A DNA stretch of 64,000 nt from Acidimicrobiales bacterium (GTDB lineage Bacteria > Actinomycetota > Acidimicrobiia > Acidimicrobiales > Bog-793): contig JBEKGS010000001.1 of the NCBI GenBank assembly GCA_050012675.1, forward strand, positions 733 through 64,732, read 5' to 3'. The notes beneath the pieces are model-generated. The model worked only from the letters and a program-made list of their open reading frames with translations, was not told the DNA's origin and searched no databases. The position numbers were made by a program, and so were the translations under genes. Below, piece by piece: positions 61,898 through 64,000 of the stretch. Position 1 is the stretch's first letter, and each line of letters begins with the position of its first letter.

Positions 61898-63765
61898 CTG
61901 CGCCCACCCCGCTGCTCGGCGCACCGGTTCAGACGCTTGCGCCTTTTGTCGCCGCCGGCGTCCTCGCGGCCTCCGATGTCCAGGTGGCAGGCGTGATCGC
62001 CCGAAGTGTCGGCGGCCTCGAGCCCGAGGTCGTGCTGGGCGCCGCTTTGGCGGCGCGCGCCCCGCGCCTCGGGCACGTGTGCGTGGTGATCGGCACCGTC
62101 GCCGGGTCCGTCGTCGTCGACGCCGAAGGGGCCTACCCCGTGGACACCCTGCCATGGCCCGACGCTCAGCGCTGGGCGGCCTGCCTCTACGAGAGCCCGG
62201 CGGTGGGCCGCCCGGAGGACGGGCCTTCAGGGGTGGTCCTGCCCCTCGTCTTCGACGGCACGCGCCTTTACCTCGAGCGCTACTGGCGCTTCGAGAAGCA
62301 CGTCGCCGAAAGCCTTCTGCAAAGAGCGGGCAGCGCCGAGGGATTCGCCACTTCGTCACCTGGGCTCGAAGCCGTCTTGGACGAGCTGTTCGAGGACATG
62401 GACCGGCTGCAGCGCGAGGCCGCGTCCCAAGCGCTCACGGGCAGGATCGCGGTGATCGGCGGCGGACCGGGCACCGGCAAGACCCGCACCGTCGCCCGGC
62501 TGCTCGCCGCCGCCAACGCCGTCGCCCTCGCACGGGGCGAGCCGCCCAGGGTGGCTCTCGCGGCTCCCACCGGCAAGGCGGCCGCCCGCATGACAGCCGC
62601 CGTCCACGAGGAGGCAGAAGTGGCGAACCTCGGCGAGGGTGTCGCGGACCTGCTGCGTCGGACGGAGGCACGGACACTTCACCGCCTGTTAGGGGCCCAC
62701 GCCGGCGGGAAACCCCGCTACGACAGCTCCAACCCGTTGCCCGACGATCTCGTGGTCGTGGACGAGACGTCGATGGTGTCCCTGCCGATGATGGCCCGCC
62801 TGCTCGACGCGGTACGCCCCGGGGCGACGCTCGTGCTGGTCGGGGACCCGTACCAGCTCGCGAGCGTCGAGGCGGGCGCCGTGCTCGGCGAGATCGTCGG
62901 CCCGAGGGTCAAAGGGCCGGCCGTTGGCCCGCTCGGGGCGCGCATCGTGCTGCTCGAGCACAACCACCGTTTCGGCCTGAACTCCGAGATCGCGGCGTTC
63001 GCCGACGCCGTCCGGCTCGGCGAGGCCGACGTCGCGATGGAGCTGCTCCGCGACCACGGCTCCGGCGAGGTGACATGGGTCGGGGACGAAGACCGGGCGG
63101 GTATCACCCGGCTCCACGAGGAGGCGGCGGCATGCGCCGCCGGGGTGGTGCGGGCGGCTCTCAAGGGCGATGCCAGAGAGGGTCTCAAGGAGTCGTCGCA
63201 GCTGAAAGTCCTCTGCGCCACGCGACTCGGACCCCTCGGTGTCTCCGGCTGGACCGCTGCCATCGAAGCTCTCACGGCCAGTGCCTTGCCCGAGGCCGGC
63301 ATCGGCCGGCGCAACTACGTCGGCCGGCCGGTCATCGTGACTCGCAACGACTATCTCAACGGGGTCTTCAACGGGGACGTGGGACTCGTGGTCGCCGGCA
63401 CCGCCGGACCGCTCGCGGCCTTCCAGGACGCCAACGGTGCTTTCCGGGAGCTGGCGTTGTCGCGGCTCTCCGACATCGAGACCTGGTGGGCGATGACGAT
63501 CCACAAGAGCCAGGGGTCAGAGTTCGAGCGCGTGATCCTGGCACTACCCCCACCGCCGTCGCCGGTGCTTACCCGGGAGCTCCTCTACACCGCCGTCACC
63601 CGTGCCAAAGAACAGGTCACCGTCGTGGCAGCCGAGGAGTCACTCAGAGCCGCGATCACAAACCCGGTGGCTAGACCCTCAGGGCTCCGCCAAAAGCTCT
63701 GGGCCTTGCATGGTGGAGACCCCGGCTACGCGAACTCGACGGCTGGAAGCTTCATGCGGTCATGA
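61894..63765 (+). CDS. recD: exodeoxyribonuclease V alpha subunit
   Basis: The GTG at 61894 forms a GTGA overlap. Walker A is GGGPGTGKT, with DETSMV, LVGDPYQL, TIHKSQGSEF and LLYTAVTRAK. Confidence 0.9.
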   Translation: MTAPTPLLGAPVQTLAPFVAAGVLAASDVQVAGVIARSVGGLEPEVVLGAALAARAPRLGHVCVVIGTVAGSVVVDAEGAYPVDTLPWPDAQRWAACLYESPAVGRPEDGPSGVVLPLVFDGTRLYLERYWRFEKHVAESLLQRAGSAEGFATSSPGLEAVLDELFEDMDRLQREAASQALTGRIAVIGGGPGTGKTRTVARLLAAANAVALARGEPPRVALAAPTGKAAARMTAAVHEEAEVANLGEGVADLLRRTEARTLHRLLGAHAGGKPRYDSSNPLPDDLVVVDETSMVSLPMMARLLDAVRPGATLVLVGDPYQLASVEAGAVLGEIVGPRVKGPAVGPLGARIVLLEHNHRFGLNSEIAAFADAVRLGEADVAMELLRDHGSGEVTWVGDEDRAGITRLHEEAAACAAGVVRAALKGDAREGLKESSQLKVLCATRLGPLGVSGWTAAIEALTASALPEAGIGRRNYVGRPVIVTRNDYLNGVFNGDVGLVVAGTAGPLAAFQDANGAFRELALSRLSDIETWWAMTIHKSQGSEFERVILALPPPPSPVLTRELLYTAVTRAKEQVTVVAAEESLRAAITNPVARPSGLRQKLWALHGGDPGYANSTAGSFMRS

Positions 63766-64000
63766 AGATCACCAAGGCTTGGCGGGTAACGGCGTGCCTC
63801 ACCGTGGCGATGATCGCGGTTGGCACCGGAGGAAGCGCCGTGGCGCAGGCGGCCCAGCGCTCGGCGGCGAGCGCGCCACAAGGCGCCGCAGCGGTTCAGC
63901 AGTCGCTCTGCAAGTCCATCGGGCGGCTCGACCGCCTAGTCGTTCGACGTGTGGACGCGTTCCCGCAGAACAACATCCATTTCTCGTTCCCCGCGGTGAC
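63762..64000 (+). CDS. hypothetical secreted protein (N-terminal part; runs off the window end)
   Basis: The ATG at 63762 forms an ATGA overlap with the recD stop. The product MKITKAWRVTACLTVAMIAVGTGGSAVAQA is a signal peptide. The ORF is open at the window end and is not in the track. Confidence 0.5.
   Translation, partial: MKITKAWRVTACLTVAMIAVGTGGSAVAQAAQRSAASAPQGAAAVQQSLCKSIGRLDRLVVRRVDAFPQNNIHFSFPAV

Noticed and set aside
55104-63765. The recC-recB-recD operon as a possible novel system.
   Set aside because: It is a complete, canonical exonuclease V operon with standard motifs and order. Nothing unusual is visible.
1-64000. A search by eye for CRISPR arrays, tRNA/rRNA genes, IS elements, integrases, phage genes and known defence-system genes.
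   Set aside because: I found no regularly spaced repeats, T-arm-like GGTTCGA motifs in intergenic DNA, or transposase/recombinase motifs. A computational scan (tRNAscan-SE, Infernal, ISEScan, DefenseFinder) would be needed to exclude them formally.

Overview
This is a high-GC chromosomal segment. Its gene content, GTG/TTG start usage and frequent ATGA/GTGA stop-start overlaps look actinobacterial; finer placement needs a database search. I support about 58 protein-coding genes and two decayed gene remnants: a BMP-family ABC permease fragment and an endonuclease V gene. I recognised no rRNA, tRNA, CRISPR array, transposase, integrase or phage gene by eye.

Layout:
- 1-2.3 kb: a partial fatty-acid-hydroxylase-family gene, a secreted COG4315-type protein and a PadR regulator.
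- 2.5-9.5 kb: a histidine-ammonia-lyase homolog lacking the MIO-forming Ala-Ser-Gly triad. It lies divergent to a molybdenum hydroxylase operon with two different FAD-binding subunits, a 2Fe-2S subunit and a Mo subunit.
- 11.8-24.9 kb: a DapA-family lyase divergent to a roughly 12-kb, almost gap-free operon. The operon encodes a family-5 solute-binding protein, two ATPases, two permeases, a Gfo/Idh/MocA oxidoreductase, TldD, PmbA, two tandem uncharacterised paralogs and a GntR regulator.
- 24.9-28.4 kb: a luciferase-like oxidoreductase, NRAMP mntH and a DtxR/MntR regulator.
- 28.6-32.5 kb: a YbjN/TY-Chap-like protein and an atypical long transketolase-like gene that abuts a truncated nfi pseudogene.
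- 32.6-42 kb: housekeeping and stress genes (USP, APC permease, pirin, EamA, DUF1275, aldo/keto reductase, hemerythrin, DUF6328, SDR).
- 42.3-47.2 kb: DegV, an orphan B12-binding radical SAM enzyme, and a divergent pair made of a macro-domain protein and an ADP-ribosylglycohydrolase fused to an HCX5R phosphatase domain.
- 47.3-55 kb: MBL hydrolase, OsmC, YceH, a DMT transporter, two dehydrogenases and SppA.
- 55.1-63.8 kb: a complete recC-recB-recD operon.

The candidates I consider most worth follow-up are the peptide-ABC/TldD-PmbA/paralog-pair operon, the MIO-less lyase next to the dual-FAD Mo hydroxylase, and the macro/ARH-phosphatase pair. All functional calls rest on motif recognition from translation. 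No database search was possible.
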